Part shown: positions 42,248 to 52,694 of the stretch, one piece after another | Position numbering within the stretch: the first letter of the stretch is position 1 | Layout: each line of letters opens with the position of its first letter | Assembly: GCA_963702435.1 (NCBI GenBank) | Contig: CAVPCR010000001.1 | Coordinates: forward strand, 448,001 to 512,000 | DNA: 64,000 nucleotides | Source: Candidatus Eiseniibacteriota bacterium | GTDB taxonomy: Bacteria > Eisenbacteria > RBG-16-71-46 > CAVPCR01 | Direction: 5' to 3' | Made by a program: the position numbers and the translations under genes | The notes under the pieces: model-generated | Databases searched by the model: none | Told to the model about the DNA's origin: nothing | The model's input: the letters and a program-made list of their open reading frames with translations, nothing else

Positions 42248-45200
42248 TCACCCGCGCGGCATCCGCCGGATCGCGATCGTCACGGTCTGACCGTCGATCT
42301 CCCAGACCCGCTCGATCTCGGGCGCGAACTCGGGTGCTGCGCCGAACCCGAGCTCGACGGCCAGCGTCTCGGCTCTGAGATAGTCGGCGTGCGTCCCGAG
42401 ATCGGCGGCCATCTCGGGCGGCGCCGCGATGCGGGCGTGGATCCGATCCTCGACCGCGAAGCCGGCCTCCTTGCGCATGGCCTGGATCCGGTTCTTGACC
42501 TCGCGCGCGTGCCCCTCGGCCTTGAGCTCCGGGGTGACCGCGATGTCGAGGCTCACGGTGACGCCGTCCGCCGTCTCGGTGGCGTGCCCGGCCCGCTCCT
42601 GGCGCTCGATCTGGATCTCGGCGATCGTCACCTTCTCCCCGCAGACCTCGACCTCCCCGCCCGCCTCGAGCCGGCGGATGGTGGCGAGGTCGAAACCCTG
42701 GATGACCTGCGCCGCGCGGCGCATCTCCTTGCCGAAGAGCGGCCCGCAGACCCGGAAGTTGGCCTTGGCGGTGACCGTGACCAGATCCTCCTCGCGCTCG
42801 GTGAAGCGGAGCTCCTTCACGTTGAGCTCCTCGAGCACGAGGTCCTCCATGTCGCGGATCAGTGCCTGCTCCTCGGCCGTGCGCGCAACGACCGTGACCT
42901 CGCGGAGCGGCTGCCGGGTCTTCAGCTTGTGCCGCTCGCGGAGCGCCCGGCCGAGGCCGACGATGGCGCGGGCGAGCGCCATCTCGCGCTCGAGCACCGG
43001 ATCGCGGCGGAAGGGATCGGCCGTCGGGTAGTCGGTGAGATGCACCGACTCGGGGCCGGGGGCGCCCGCCCGGACCACGAGGTTCCGGTACATGGCCTCG
43101 CAAACGAAGGGCAGGAAGGGGGCCAGGACCCGCGAGAAGGTGGTGAGCACGGTGTAGAGCGTCGAGTACGCCGCCGCCTTGTCGGCGTCCGCCCCGTCCT
43201 TCCAGAAGCGGGGCCGTGACAGCCGGATGTACCACTTGGTCAGGTCGTCGATGAACCGCTCGAGCGCCGGGATGACCCGGTGCAGGTTGTAGCCGTCCAT
43301 CTGCGCGTTCACTTCCTCGATCAGGCCGTTCTGGACCGAGAGGATCCAGCGGTCGAGGCGGCTCTGCGCCGCGACCGGCGGGCGGAGCGGCGAGAAGCCG
43401 TCGAGGTTCGCGTAGGTGACGAAGAACGAATAGGCGTTCCACAGCGGCAGGATGACCTGCCGCAACACGTCGCGGATCCCGGCCTCCGAGAAGCGGAGGT
43501 CCTCCGCGCGCACCACCGGCGAATCGATGAGATAGGCGCGCAGCGCGTCGGCGCCGTAGCGGTCGAGGATCTCCTCCGGCTCCGGGTAGTTCTTGAGCCG
43601 CTTCGACATCTTCTTCCCGTCCTCGGCGAGGATGAGACCGTTCACGATCACGTTCTTGAACGCCGGCTTGTCGAAGAGCGCCGCCGAGATGACGATGAGC
43701 GTGTAGAACCAGCCGCGGGTCTGATCGAGCCCCTCGGCGATGAAGTCGGCGGGGAACGCCGCCTCGACCTTGGCCTTGTTGTCGAACGGGTAGTGGTTCT
43801 GCGCGTAGGGCATCGACCCCGACTCGAACCAGCAGTCGAGGACCTGCGGCACGCGCCGGAGCTCCCCCTTCCCGCGCGCCGAGGGAATGGTCAGATCGTC
43901 GACGAAATGGCGATGGAGGTCGAGCGGATGGATGCCGGTCGCGCGCGCAAGCTCGTCGCGGCTCCCCACGCACACCGCTTCCTCGCCGTCCTCCGAGATC
44001 CACACCGGGATGGGCGTGCCCCAGTAGCGGTTCCGCGCCAGGTTCCAGTCGCGGGCCCCCTCGAGCCAGTTGCCGAAGCGCCCATCGCGCAGATGCTCGG
44101 GTACCCAGTTCACGCGCTGGTTGGCGGCGAGCATGGCGGGCTTCACCGGCTCGATCTTCATGAACCAGGTGTCGAGCGCGCGGTAGATGAGCGGCGAGTC
44201 GCACCGGTAGCAGAACGGATAGGCGTGCTGGAGTGTGGTCTGGTGGACGAGCTTCCCCTCCTCGCGCAGGCGGCGCACGATGAGCGGGTCGGCCTCCTTG
44301 ACGAACTTGCCGGCGAAGTCCGGCACCTCCTCGTTGAACTTGCCCTCGGCGTCGACCGGCATCGCCACCGGCCAGCCCTCGCGCCGGCCGACCTGGAAGT
44401 CGTCCTCGCCGAAGCTCGGCGCCAGGTGCACGATGCCGGTGCCCTCGGCGGTGGACACGAACTCGGCGGCGACGACGCGGAAGGCGTTGTCGGCGTGATT
44501 CCGGTAATAGGGAAACGGCGGCTCGTAGCGGCGGCCGACGAGGGCGGCGCCCTTCTCGCGGGCCAGGATCTCCGGCTTGTCCTCCCGGAACACCGCGTCC
44601 ACCCGGTCCCGGGCCAGCCAGTAGCGGTCCTGCCCGTCGGCCACCAGCACGTAGTCGATGTCGGGGCCGACGGCGAGACCGAGGTTCGCCGGCAAGGTCC
44701 ACGGCGTCGTCGTCCACACCAGGAAGTAGGTGCGGGGGTCGCCCTCCCCCGCAGCCCGCAGCCGCACGGTCACCGACGGGTCCTGCACGTCGCGGTAGCC
44801 CTGGTTCACCTCGAAGTTGGAGAGCGGCGTCGAGCAGCGCGGACAGTACGGCTGCACGGTGTAGCCGCGATAGATGAGCCCCCGGTCCCACAGCTGCTTG
44901 AAGACCCACCAGATCGACTCCATGTACTCGGGCTGCATGGTCTTGTAGTCGTTCTCGAAGTCGACCCAGCGGCCCATGCGACGGACCGTCTTCTCCCACT
45001 CCTCGACGTAGCGGAGCACGATCGAGCGGCACGCCTCGTTGAAAGGCCCGACCCCGTAGTCCTCGATCTGGCGCTTGCCCGAGATCCCGAGCTGCCGCTC
45101 CATCTCCACCTCGACCGGGAGGCCGTGGCAGTCCCAGCCGAACCTCCGCTCGACGTAGTAGCCGCGCATGGTCCAGTAGCGGGGCACGATGTCCTTGAGC

Positions 45201-45415
45201 GTCCCGGCGAGGAGATGGCCGTAGTGCGGGAGCCCCGTGGCAAACGGCGGCCCGTCGTAGAAAACGAAGGCCGGCCCGCCGCGGCGGAGATCGAGGCTCT
45301 TCTGGAACGTCGAGTGCTCGTCCCAGAACGCGAGGATCTCGGCCTCGAGGGCCGGGAAGCTCGCTTCCGGGTCGACGGCGGCGAAGACGCCGCGCGAGGT
45401 GTCGGTCGTGGACAT
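42248..45415 (-). CDS. ileS: Isoleucine--tRNA ligase, type 2
   Basis: DGPPFATGLPHYGH, RRFGWDCHGLP, RNRYWGTPIP, EGLDQTRGWF, KMSKR. Confidence 0.97.
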   Translation of the reverse strand: MSTTDTSRGVFAAVDPEASFPALEAEILAFWDEHSTFQKSLDLRRGGPAFVFYDGPPFATGLPHYGHLLAGTLKDIVPRYWTMRGYYVERRFGWDCHGLPVEVEMERQLGISGKRQIEDYGVGPFNEACRSIVLRYVEEWEKTVRRMGRWVDFENDYKTMQPEYMESIWWVFKQLWDRGLIYRGYTVQPYCPRCSTPLSNFEVNQGYRDVQDPSVTVRLRAAGEGDPRTYFLVWTTTPWTLPANLGLAVGPDIDYVLVADGQDRYWLARDRVDAVFREDKPEILAREKGAALVGRRYEPPFPYYRNHADNAFRVVAAEFVSTAEGTGIVHLAPSFGEDDFQVGRREGWPVAMPVDAEGKFNEEVPDFAGKFVKEADPLIVRRLREEGKLVHQTTLQHAYPFCYRCDSPLIYRALDTWFMKIEPVKPAMLAANQRVNWVPEHLRDGRFGNWLEGARDWNLARNRYWGTPIPVWISEDGEEAVCVGSRDELARATGIHPLDLHRHFVDDLTIPSARGKGELRRVPQVLDCWFESGSMPYAQNHYPFDNKAKVEAAFPADFIAEGLDQTRGWFYTLIVISAALFDKPAFKNVIVNGLILAEDGKKMSKRLKNYPEPEEILDRYGADALRAYLIDSPVVRAEDLRFSEAGIRDVLRQVILPLWNAYSFFVTYANLDGFSPLRPPVAAQSRLDRWILSVQNGLIEEVNAQMDGYNLHRVIPALERFIDDLTKWYIRLSRPRFWKDGADADKAAAYSTLYTVLTTFSRVLAPFLPFVCEAMYRNLVVRAGAPGPESVHLTDYPTADPFRRDPVLEREMALARAIVGLGRALRERHKLKTRQPLREVTVVARTAEEQALIRDMEDLVLEELNVKELRFTEREEDLVTVTAKANFRVCGPLFGKEMRRAAQVIQGFDLATIRRLEAGGEVEVCGEKVTIAEIQIERQERAGHATETADGVTVSLDIAVTPELKAEGHAREVKNRIQAMRKEAGFAVEDRIHARIAAPPEMAADLGTHADYLRAETLAVELGFGAAPEFAPEIERVWEIDGQTVTIAIRRMPRG

Positions 45416-45417
45416 GG

Positions 45418-46275
45418 CTAGAGGGCCGCCACCACCCGCTCGATCAGGCGGGTCAGGTGGGGCTCGGTGCGAGCGGCCACCGCCAGGATGTCTTCGATGT
45501 TGGCCGGGTGGAGCGCGTCGGGCAGACACATGTCGGTCACCACCGAGAGGGCGAGGCAGCGCATGCCCGCATGCACCGCGACCAGGTTCTCGGGAATGAG
45601 CGACATGCCGACCACGTCGGCCCCCAGGGCGCGGAGGAAGCGATACTCGGCCCGCGTTTCCAGGTTGGGACCGGCCACGGCGACGAAGACCCCCTTCGCG
45701 ATCGGGATGCGCTCGTCGCGCGCCACGCGCTCGGTAAGTGCAACGAGCTCCCGGTCGTACGGCTCCGACATGTCCGGGAAGCGCGGACCGAGCGCGTCGT
45801 CGTTGGGGCCGATCAACGGGTTCGCGCCCATCAGGTTGATGTGGTCCGTGGTGAGGAAGATGGCGCCCGCGTCGAGCAGCGGGTTCATCCCCCCGACCGC
45901 GTTCGAGATGACGAGCGTGCGCGCGCCGAGGGCGCGCATCACCCGCACCGGGAAGGTCACCTGCTGCATCGAGTAGCCTTCGTAGAAATGGACCCGCCCG
46001 CGCATCGCCACCACCGACTTGCCGGAGAGGCGGCCGAAGACGAGCTCGCCGGCATGGCTCTCGACGGTCGACTCCGGGAAGTACGGGATCTCGCGATAGC
46101 CCACGGTCGCCTCGACCGAGATCGAGCGGGCGAGATCGCCGAGGCCGGTGCCGATGATGATGGCGACGTCGGGGACCATCGCGGTGCGAGCGCGCAGGCT
46201 CGACACCGCGGCCTCGATCTCGGCGCGGAGCCGCGAGGTGGTGCCCCGGGTGGTCGAAGTCGGGCTATGGCTCAT
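45418..46275 (-). CDS. Purine-nucleoside phosphorylase (trimeric, PunA type)
   Basis: IIGTGLG, GRVHFYEG, GPRFPDMS, GPNLETRAE, VGMS. Confidence 0.95.
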   Translation of the reverse strand: MSHSPTSTTRGTTSRLRAEIEAAVSSLRARTAMVPDVAIIIGTGLGDLARSISVEATVGYREIPYFPESTVESHAGELVFGRLSGKSVVAMRGRVHFYEGYSMQQVTFPVRVMRALGARTLVISNAVGGMNPLLDAGAIFLTTDHINLMGANPLIGPNDDALGPRFPDMSEPYDRELVALTERVARDERIPIAKGVFVAVAGPNLETRAEYRFLRALGADVVGMSLIPENLVAVHAGMRCLALSVVTDMCLPDALHPANIEDILAVAARTEPHLTRLIERVVAAL

Positions 46276-46613
46276 CGTGTCCTCTCGTCTCCTCGGTTCC
46301 TGACTGAAGCCGCGCCTCGCGATCCGAGGCGGGCGACGGCGCCGGCGTCCGCCCCGGCGATGCGCAAGAGCTTCAAGCGGGCGGTCGCCCCGCGCACGAT
46401 CGCAATCGCTTCCGGTCGCACGCCCAGCGCGCGCGCCACGAGCGCCACGAGCTCGGCGTTGGCCTGTCCGCCCTCGGGCACGGCGCGGAGCGCCACCTCG
46501 AGGCTGCCGTCTGGCCGCCGCCCGCGGATCTCCGCGCGCCCGGCGCGCGGCCGGACCTTGACCGCCAGCGTGACCGCGCTCGCGGGACGCAGCCCGGATG
46601 CGCGCGCCGTCAC
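46272..46613 (-). CDS. DUF167/YggU-family protein
   Basis: VKVRPRA, AVPEGGQANAEL, IVRGATARLK. Confidence 0.88.
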   Translation of the reverse strand: MTARASGLRPASAVTLAVKVRPRAGRAEIRGRRPDGSLEVALRAVPEGGQANAELVALVARALGVRPEAIAIVRGATARLKLLRIAGADAGAVARLGSRGAASVRNRGDERTR

Positions 46614-46629
46614 GGTCGCCTCCGCCCGC

Positions 46630-47292
46630 TCAGGACCGATGTCCGGGGGTCTCGACCGGCCGCCACGCCTCCGGCTCGCGCGGCGCCGGCGTGGCGTCGC
46701 GGATCTCGACTCGCGGCGACTCGGCCGCGAGCGCGCTCCCCGCGAGCGAGCCGAGCGGCGGACCGGCGAGCGGAGTGCCGATCGGCGGTGCGCCCTGATG
46801 CGGTGCAGCGGCGAGCGAACCGCCCGCCGTCCGCTCCATGGCCTCGAAGCGCGCCTCGGACGCTTCCACCATGCGCATGTGCGTGTCGATGAGCGCGCGG
46901 AGCCGGATCAGGTAGCTCTGGCGCTCGCTCCGCAGCGCCGCCATCTCGCGCTTCAGATCGGTGAGCGCGATCTCGCTCTGGCGGAGTCGCCCCTCGGCCT
47001 CGAGCTCGGCCTTGGCCAGGATGAGCTCGGCCTCGCGCTCGGCATGCCGGCGCGATTCGTCGCGCATGCCCTGGGCGGCGACCACCGCATCGCGCAGACT
47101 CCGCTCGAGCGTCTGGTACTCCTCGAGACGGCCCTTCATCTGAGATGCCTGCTCGGCGAGGGCTGCCTGCTCCTTGACCAGTCGCTCCATCTCGCCGGCG
47201 ACGAGGCCGAGGAAGGCCCGGACCTCATCCGGATCGAAGCCGCTCAAGGCCTTCCGGAACTGCTGCTTTCTCACATCGAGAGGGGTCAGCAT
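46630..47292 (-). CDS. DivIVA-domain protein
   Basis: LTPLDVRKQQFRKALSGFDPDEVRAFL followed by coiled coil. Confidence 0.92.
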   Translation of the reverse strand: MLTPLDVRKQQFRKALSGFDPDEVRAFLGLVAGEMERLVKEQAALAEQASQMKGRLEEYQTLERSLRDAVVAAQGMRDESRRHAEREAELILAKAELEAEGRLRQSEIALTDLKREMAALRSERQSYLIRLRALIDTHMRMVEASEARFEAMERTAGGSLAAAPHQGAPPIGTPLAGPPLGSLAGSALAAESPRVEIRDATPAPREPEAWRPVETPGHRS

Positions 47293-47419
47293 CGCTCGCT
47301 CCCGGCGCGCGCCCTGCATCCAGGTCGCGCCGCCGCCTCGTCGGTGGACGCCTCGTGGCCCGCGTGATCAAACCGAATCAGACTGCATACTCTGCCCGCT
47401 CGTCCGGAGGAGCGCAAGT

Positions 47420-48145
47420 CTAGCCTCCGGGGCGCGCGCCGAAGAGCACCGTACCCAGGCGGAGGAGCGTGGCTCCTTCCTCGACGGCTTCCTCGAAGTC
47501 GCCGCTCATGCCCATCGAGAGGTGCGGGAGCGGGGCGCCCATCGCCGCGGCGAGCCGGTCCCGGAGCGCGGCAAGCGCCCGGAAGGCCGGGCGTGCCGGC
47601 GCGTCGAGGGGTGCCACGGTCATGAGCCCTTCCACGGCGAGGCCCGGAAGCGCCCCTATCGCGGGGACAAGATCCGCCGCCGCATCCGGCGCGACCCCGT
47701 GCTTCGTGTCCTCCGGCGCGAGCTTCACCTCGACGAGGAGGCGCAGCGTGCGTCCCGCGGCCACCGCGCGCCGCGAGAGGAGGGCGGCGAGATCGAGCGA
47801 ATCCACCGCGTCGATCCAGTCGAAGAGCTCGACGGCGAGGCCTGCCTTGTTGCTCTGCAGATGCCCGATCAGACGCCAGGCGGGCGGCGTGAGCTCGGGG
47901 GAAGCGGCCAGGAGGTCGAGCGCGAGCGGCTTCTTCGCCCGCGCCTCCTGCACGCGGTTCTCCCCCACAGCGCGGATCCCGGCGCCGGCGGCGGCGAAGA
48001 CGGCTTCCGGGCCGAAGCCCTTGGTCACGGCGACGACGTCGATCGCGCGCGGGTCGCGGCCGGCCCGCGCCGCGGCGCGGGCGATCCGCTCCGCGACGAT
48101 CGCGTGTCGCGCTCGCACGTCCCGGACGAGTACCGCTCGATCCAC
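47420..48145 (-). CDS. yggS: PLP homeostasis protein YggS
   Basis: VAVTK, GENRVQE, IGHLQSNK, GLMT, LSMGMSGDF, RLGTVLFG; GTG start trimmed to exclude tmRNA. Confidence 0.93.
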   Translation of the reverse strand: MDRAVLVRDVRARHAIVAERIARAAARAGRDPRAIDVVAVTKGFGPEAVFAAAGAGIRAVGENRVQEARAKKPLALDLLAASPELTPPAWRLIGHLQSNKAGLAVELFDWIDAVDSLDLAALLSRRAVAAGRTLRLLVEVKLAPEDTKHGVAPDAAADLVPAIGALPGLAVEGLMTVAPLDAPARPAFRALAALRDRLAAAMGAPLPHLSMGMSGDFEEAVEEGATLLRLGTVLFGARPGG

Positions 48146-48196
48146 GCCTCGCTCCCTCGTTTCCCCGGCCGTCAGGAGACCTGACGCTACAAGATG

Positions 48197-48235
48197 CAAA
48201 AGGAAAAGGCCAACCGCGTGCGGTTGGCCTTTTCC
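48197..48235 (-). terminator. Intrinsic terminator after tmRNA
   Basis: GGAAAAGGCCAACCGC/GCGGTTGGCCTTTTCC inverted repeat followed by TTTT. Confidence 0.85.
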
Positions 48236-48243
48236 GGACACCT

Positions 48244-48602
48244 TGGTGGAGGCGGCGGGAATCGAACCCGCGTCCGGAGATACCTCCACGAAGACTTCTA
48301 CGTGCGTAGCCGGACCTTTTTTTGTCTCGCCTCCCACGGCTCCGATCGGCGGGATCCGTGTTCGGCCAGCCCGGGTTTTATCTCGCCGGCGGCCCCCAGG
48401 CGGAACCGTCAGCCAGTCCGCCTAGACTAGTCGCCCATCATCCCCGCGACGGACGGCGGAGCGACGAACGGGCTGCTTAGTTAGGCAGCCAGAGCCAATT
48501 CAGTATTGGCGTTTGGTTTTTTCCCGCGGGATTTACGAGGATCACGGGGTCCTCGGCACGCCATCTTCGCTTCGTCCATCCCCGTCGAAGCCTGTCGCCC
48601 CC
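48244..48602 (-). ncRNA. ssrA: tmRNA
   Basis: 5' GGGGGCGACAGGCTTCGAC; 3' GGTTCGATTCCCGCCGCCTCCACCA with G-U in the acceptor stem; internal tag ORF; 359 nt. Confidence 0.97.
48481..48510 (-). other. tmRNA tag reading frame ANTELALAA*
   Basis: GCC AAT ACT GAA TTG GCT CTG GCT GCC TAA after an A-rich resume context. Confidence 0.9.
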
Positions 48603-48773
48603 ACAACCACCACAAGTAGAGAGTACCTGCCCCGGGCCCTGGATTCTCGGAAGAAATGCGGGCGCACGACGGGGCTCTCGCGGCCAGGCCGCGGGCGGTG
48701 ACCTCGATCCGGGGAATCCGGGAGGAGCCCGGAAGCCGGCTCGCGAGAGACCGGAAGGCGGGAGGGAGCTAAG

Positions 48774-48849
48774 TGGTGCGCCGCCAGGGAATCGAACCCC
48801 GAACCCAGTGATTAAGAGTCACTTGCTCTGCCAATTGAGCTAGCGGCGC
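48774..48849 (-). tRNA. tRNA-Lys(CTT)
   Basis: Anticodon arm AGTGA-CT-CTT-AA-TCACT; CCA encoded. Confidence 0.97.
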
Positions 48850-49019
48850 ACGCTGCCAGGAACCCTTTGCCCCCGTCCGGCCGAGGGGCGGCGAAGGTAC
48901 CACCCCGCGGCCGGACGGGTCAACCCACCCCGCGGGCCCGGGCGGCGGGAGAAGGTGGGTGAAAGCAGGAGAAAGCGGGTGACGGCGGCCGCAAGGTGCG
49001 GGGGGGCCCGTCCCGGTCC

Positions 49020-49080
49020 GCTCGCACCACGCCGGGAACCACCGGCGCTCGCGCCACGCCGGGAACCACCGGCGCCCGCG
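49020..49080. repeat. 27-bp tandem duplication downstream of ssb
   Basis: GCTCGC(A/G)CCACGCCGGGAACCACCGGC x2 plus a partial copy. Confidence 0.75.
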
Positions 49081-49119
49081 CCGCCGGAGGGCAGGGGGAT
49101 CCCGGAGCCGCCGGAACCG

Positions 49120-49554
49120 CTAGAACGGCACCTCGTCACCCTCGCCGCCGGTCCCGGCGCCGGTGTCGGGATAGGCCTCGCTCTCGTAGCTCGGCCCGCC
49201 GGCCGGCACGGTGGCGCGCTCGCCCGGCCGCCCGAGCATCTGCATGTTCTGCGCGACGATCTCGGTCGTCGAGCGCTTGTTGCCCTCGCGATCTTCCCAC
49301 TGCCGCGTCTGGATGCGGCCCTCGATGTAGACCTGGCGACCCTTCGACAGGTACTCGCTCGCGATCTCGGCGAGACGGCCCCAGCACACGATCCGGTGCC
49401 ACTCGGTGTACTCGGTACGCTCGCCGTTCTTGCCGACGCGCTGCTCGGTCGTGGCGATGTTGAAGTTGGCGACCGGGGTCCCTCCGGGCGTGTGGCGGAG
49501 CTCCGGGTCGCTCCCCAGGTTGCCAATGAGGATTGCTTTGTTGACGCCTGCCAT
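49120..49554 (-). CDS. ssb: Single-stranded DNA-binding protein
   Basis: [34 protein letters not shown], acidic tail DEVPF. Confidence 0.97.
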   Translation of the reverse strand: MAGVNKAILIGNLGSDPELRHTPGGTPVANFNIATTEQRVGKNGERTEYTEWHRIVCWGRLAEIASEYLSKGRQVYIEGRIQTRQWEDREGNKRSTTEIVAQNMQMLGRPGERATVPAGGPSYESEAYPDTGAGTGGEGDEVPF

Positions 49555-49670
49555 CGGTTCGTCCTCCTGACTGTTCCGCGACGGGTTCTCTCCCGCCGCC
49601 CCTATGCTACCCCTTCGGCGGGCCGGGAAGGCCGCCGAAGTTGGCGCGCCTCCGGGCCGGGGAGGCGCCT

Positions 49671-49700
49671 TTGACTTGCGACCGCGGGGTAGGCTATGCT
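49671..49700 (+). promoter_or_regulatory. Promoter TTGACT-N18-TATGCT for the tRNA cluster
   Basis: About 25 nt upstream of tRNA-Pro, followed by a GC-rich discriminator. Confidence 0.75.
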
Positions 49701-49724
49701 GCCCGCGCCCTACGGGCTCCTCGT

Positions 49725-49801
49725 CGGGGCGTAGCGCAGCCCGGTAGCGCACCTGCTTTGGGAGCAGGGAGCCAGAGGTTCAAGTCCTCTCGCCCCGACC
49801 A
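49725..49801 (+). tRNA. tRNA-Pro(TGG)
   Basis: Anticodon arm CCTGC-TT-TGG-GA-GCAGG; CCA end. Confidence 0.97.
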
Positions 49802-49802
49802 T

Positions 49803-49879
<77 letters not shown>

Positions 49880-49992
49880 GCTTCGAGAGGCGCCGCCCGC
49901 CGCGTCGGAGCGGCTGTCCTCCGGCGCATGCACGAAGCGGGCCGGAGGCGGGAGCGGCGACCCCGCTCCCCGCGGATTCTCGAGAGACCGGT

Positions 49993-50069
49993 GGTGGACG
50001 TAGCTCAGTTGGCAGAGCACCGGACTGTGGATTCGGTTGTCGCGGGTTCGACCCCCGTCGTCCACCCCA
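49993..50069 (+). tRNA. tRNA-His(GTG)
   Basis: G-1 present; anticodon arm CCGGA-CT-GTG-GA-TTCGG; C73-CCA. Confidence 0.96.
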
Positions 50070-50240
50070 CACCTTCTTCGATCGCGAGCGGCGACCGCCC
50101 GGGCGCCTGAAGAGCCCCCGGGCGCACCTTCCTCCGGGCCTCCCTGGCCGCTGCGCCGAGTTCGCGCGCCGCGGCGGACGCCATCGCGGCAGGCACCGCC
50201 TCGAAACACGCCGCCTCGGCAGGCGCCGCCGCTTGCGCGT

Positions 50241-50858
50241 TCACGCCCCGGCCTCGGCGGCGACCAGGGCGCGCACGCGCTCGACCATGGCCCGGAGCGC
50301 CCGCGCGCGATGGCTCACCTCGTTCTTCGCCGCGGGCTCCGCCTCGCCGAACGTGGCGGCGAACGGCGCGTAGTAGAAGAGCGGGTCGTAGCCGAACCCG
50401 CCACCGCCGCGCGGCGCGGCGAGGATCACTCCTTCGACGCTCCCCCGGGTCACCACCGCGCGGCCGTCGGGCAGGACGAGCGCCATCGTGCACACGAAGC
50501 GCGCGGTGCGCGCCGGCGGCGGGACGCCGGCGAGACGCGCGAGCAGGAGGCGGTTGTTGGCCTCGTCATCGGCCTCCGGGCCGGCGAAGCGCGCCGAGCG
50601 CACCCCCGGCGCCCCGCCGAGCGCGTCCACCTCGAGCCCCGAGTCGTCGGCGAGCGCGGCGAGCCCGGTCGCAGCCACGGCGGCACGGGCTTTCAGGAGC
50701 GCGTTCTCGGCGTAGGTCTCCCCGGTCTCCGGGACCGCCGGCAGCGCCGCCTGGTCGCCGCCCACGATCGCGATCGGCAGATCGGCGAGGAGCGCCCTGA
50801 TCTCCTCGCGCTTTCCGCGATTATTGGTGGCAACAAGCAGCTTTTCGATTTGGCGCAC
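50241..50858 (-). CDS. rdgB: dITP/XTP pyrophosphatase (Ham1/RdgB)
   Basis: ATNNRGK, ADDSGL, PGVRSAR, GFGYDPLF, SHRARA. Confidence 0.95.
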   Translation of the reverse strand: MRQIEKLLVATNNRGKREEIRALLADLPIAIVGGDQAALPAVPETGETYAENALLKARAAVAATGLAALADDSGLEVDALGGAPGVRSARFAGPEADDEANNRLLLARLAGVPPPARTARFVCTMALVLPDGRAVVTRGSVEGVILAAPRGGGGFGYDPLFYYAPFAATFGEAEPAAKNEVSHRARALRAMVERVRALVAAEAGA

Positions 50859-50886
50859 GGGAGGATGGACCGGCCGGAGGCTGGCG

Positions 50887-51639
50887 CTACGGCAGCACCT
50901 TCAGCTTCAGTGCACGCCGCTGCGCGGCGATCACCTTCTTCGCACCGCCGCGGGCGAGCTCGACCAGCGTGGTGAGCTCCGCGGCCGAGAAGGGCGCCGA
51001 GTCGGCGGTGCCCTGCACCTCGACCAGCTTCCCGCTTCCCGTCATCACGATGTTCATGTCGACGCCGGCGATCGAGTCCTCGGCATACTCGAGATCGAGG
51101 ACCGGCGCCCCGCCCACGATCCCGACGCTCACCGCGGCCACGTAGTCGTTGAGCACCGTTTTCTTCAGAGGTCCAGCCTCCCGGAGGTGACGGAGGGCAC
51201 CGGCGAGCGCGACGAATCCGCCGCTGATCGCGGCGACGCGGGTCGATCCGTCGGCCTCGATCACGTCGCAGTCGATCACGATCTGGCGCTCGCCGAGCGC
51301 CTGGAGATCGGCGACCGCCCGCAGGCTCCGGCCGATGAGGCGCTGGATCTCGTGCGTGCGCCCCCCGGCCTTCCCGCGCCAGATGTCGCGGGCGGTGCGG
51401 GTCTGGGTCGATCGCGGCAGCATGCCGTACTCCGCCGTGATCCAGCCGCGCCCGCTTCCCTTCAGGAAGGGCGGCACGCGATCTTCGACGCTCGCCGCGC
51501 AGAGCACCACCGTGTCTCCGAGCTCCACCAGGCACGATCCTTCCGCATAGCGGAGATATCCCGGCCGCAACTTGAGCGGCCGGAGCTCGTTCGCTCCCCG
51601 CCCCCCGGGGCGCCCGGCCGCTGTCTTCTGGGTCGCCAT
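50887..51639 (-). CDS. rph: Ribonuclease PH
   Basis: [44 protein letters not shown]. Confidence 0.97.
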   Translation of the reverse strand: MATQKTAAGRPGGRGANELRPLKLRPGYLRYAEGSCLVELGDTVVLCAASVEDRVPPFLKGSGRGWITAEYGMLPRSTQTRTARDIWRGKAGGRTHEIQRLIGRSLRAVADLQALGERQIVIDCDVIEADGSTRVAAISGGFVALAGALRHLREAGPLKKTVLNDYVAAVSVGIVGGAPVLDLEYAEDSIAGVDMNIVMTGSGKLVEVQGTADSAPFSAAELTTLVELARGGAKKVIAAQRRALKLKVLP

Positions 51640-51691
51640 CCTCCTGCCTTTCTCTCTCGCGTTTACTCGCGCCGCGCCGCTCCCGCGCGTA

Positions 51692-51803
51692 CCGCCCCCG
51701 TGCTGCGGCCTCCGTGCTCCCGGAGTCGCACTCCACCTCCGTGCTCCCGCCCCCGTGCTCCCGCCTCCGTGCTCCCGCCCCCGTGCTGCGGCCTCCGTGC
51801 TCC
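51692..51803. repeat. 14-bp minisatellite (7 copies of a CCGTGCT core) between murI and rph
   Basis: CCGTGCTCCCGCC(C/T)-type units at 14-nt period with one interruption. Confidence 0.85.
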
Positions 51804-52694
51804 TTACATGCTCTCCCCCGCGGGTCCGGTCCGGCCGCCGCCGGCGAGCTCCCGCTCGAACCAGGGCAGATCGGTCTGGTCCACGAGCTCGACCTGGTCG
51901 AGCGGCCGGCCGAGGAAGCGGCCGCCCACGTCGCGGAAACGGGCCGGGATATCGCTCACGTAGAAAGCGCAGGTGCCCCCGGCACCCGGCGCCTCCTCCC
52001 CTCGCGCCGTTGTTTCCGGCGCCAGATGCGCCGCCACCTCGTGCGCCACCTCCGCCGCCGAATCGACGAGCACGACCGGCTCACCCGCGAACACGCTCGC
52101 GATGTCGTCGCGGAGGACCGGGTAGTGCGTGCACCCGAGGACGAGCGTATCGATGTGCGCGGCGCGAAGCGGCGCGAGGTACTCAGCCGCCACGGAACGC
52201 GTCACCGGATGATCGATCCAGCCTTCCTCGGCGAGCGGCACGAAGAGCGGACAGGCGACGGCGCTCACCTCCGCCGACGGCAGGAGGGCGCGGATCGCCT
52301 GGTCGTAGCTCCCGCTGGCGACCGTGCCGTAGGTGCCGATGACCCCGATCCGCCCGCTCCGCGTGGCGGCGACCGCGGCCCGCGCGCCCGGCTCGACGAC
52401 CCCGATGATCGGGATCTCGAACTGCCGGCGCAGGGTGTCGAGCGCCACCGATGACGACGTGTTGCAGGCGATGACCACGAGCTGGACGCCCTGGTTGAGG
52501 AGGAAGTGGGTGTTCTCGACCGAGAAGCGGCGGACGGTGGTCGCCGACTTGGTGCCGTACGGGACGCGCGCGGTGTCCCCGAAGTAGACGATGTCCGCGG
52601 CCGGGAGGCGCCGGCTGAGCGCCCGCACCACGGTGAGCCCGCCGATCCCCGAATCGAAGACGCCGATCGGAGCGCGGGCACGGCGAACGGTCAT
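51804..52694 (-). CDS. murI: Glutamate racemase
   Basis: [30 protein letters not shown]. Confidence 0.97.
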   Translation of the reverse strand: MTVRRARAPIGVFDSGIGGLTVVRALSRRLPAADIVYFGDTARVPYGTKSATTVRRFSVENTHFLLNQGVQLVVIACNTSSSVALDTLRRQFEIPIIGVVEPGARAAVAATRSGRIGVIGTYGTVASGSYDQAIRALLPSAEVSAVACPLFVPLAEEGWIDHPVTRSVAAEYLAPLRAAHIDTLVLGCTHYPVLRDDIASVFAGEPVVLVDSAAEVAHEVAAHLAPETTARGEEAPGAGGTCAFYVSDIPARFRDVGGRFLGRPLDQVELVDQTDLPWFERELAGGGRTGPAGESM

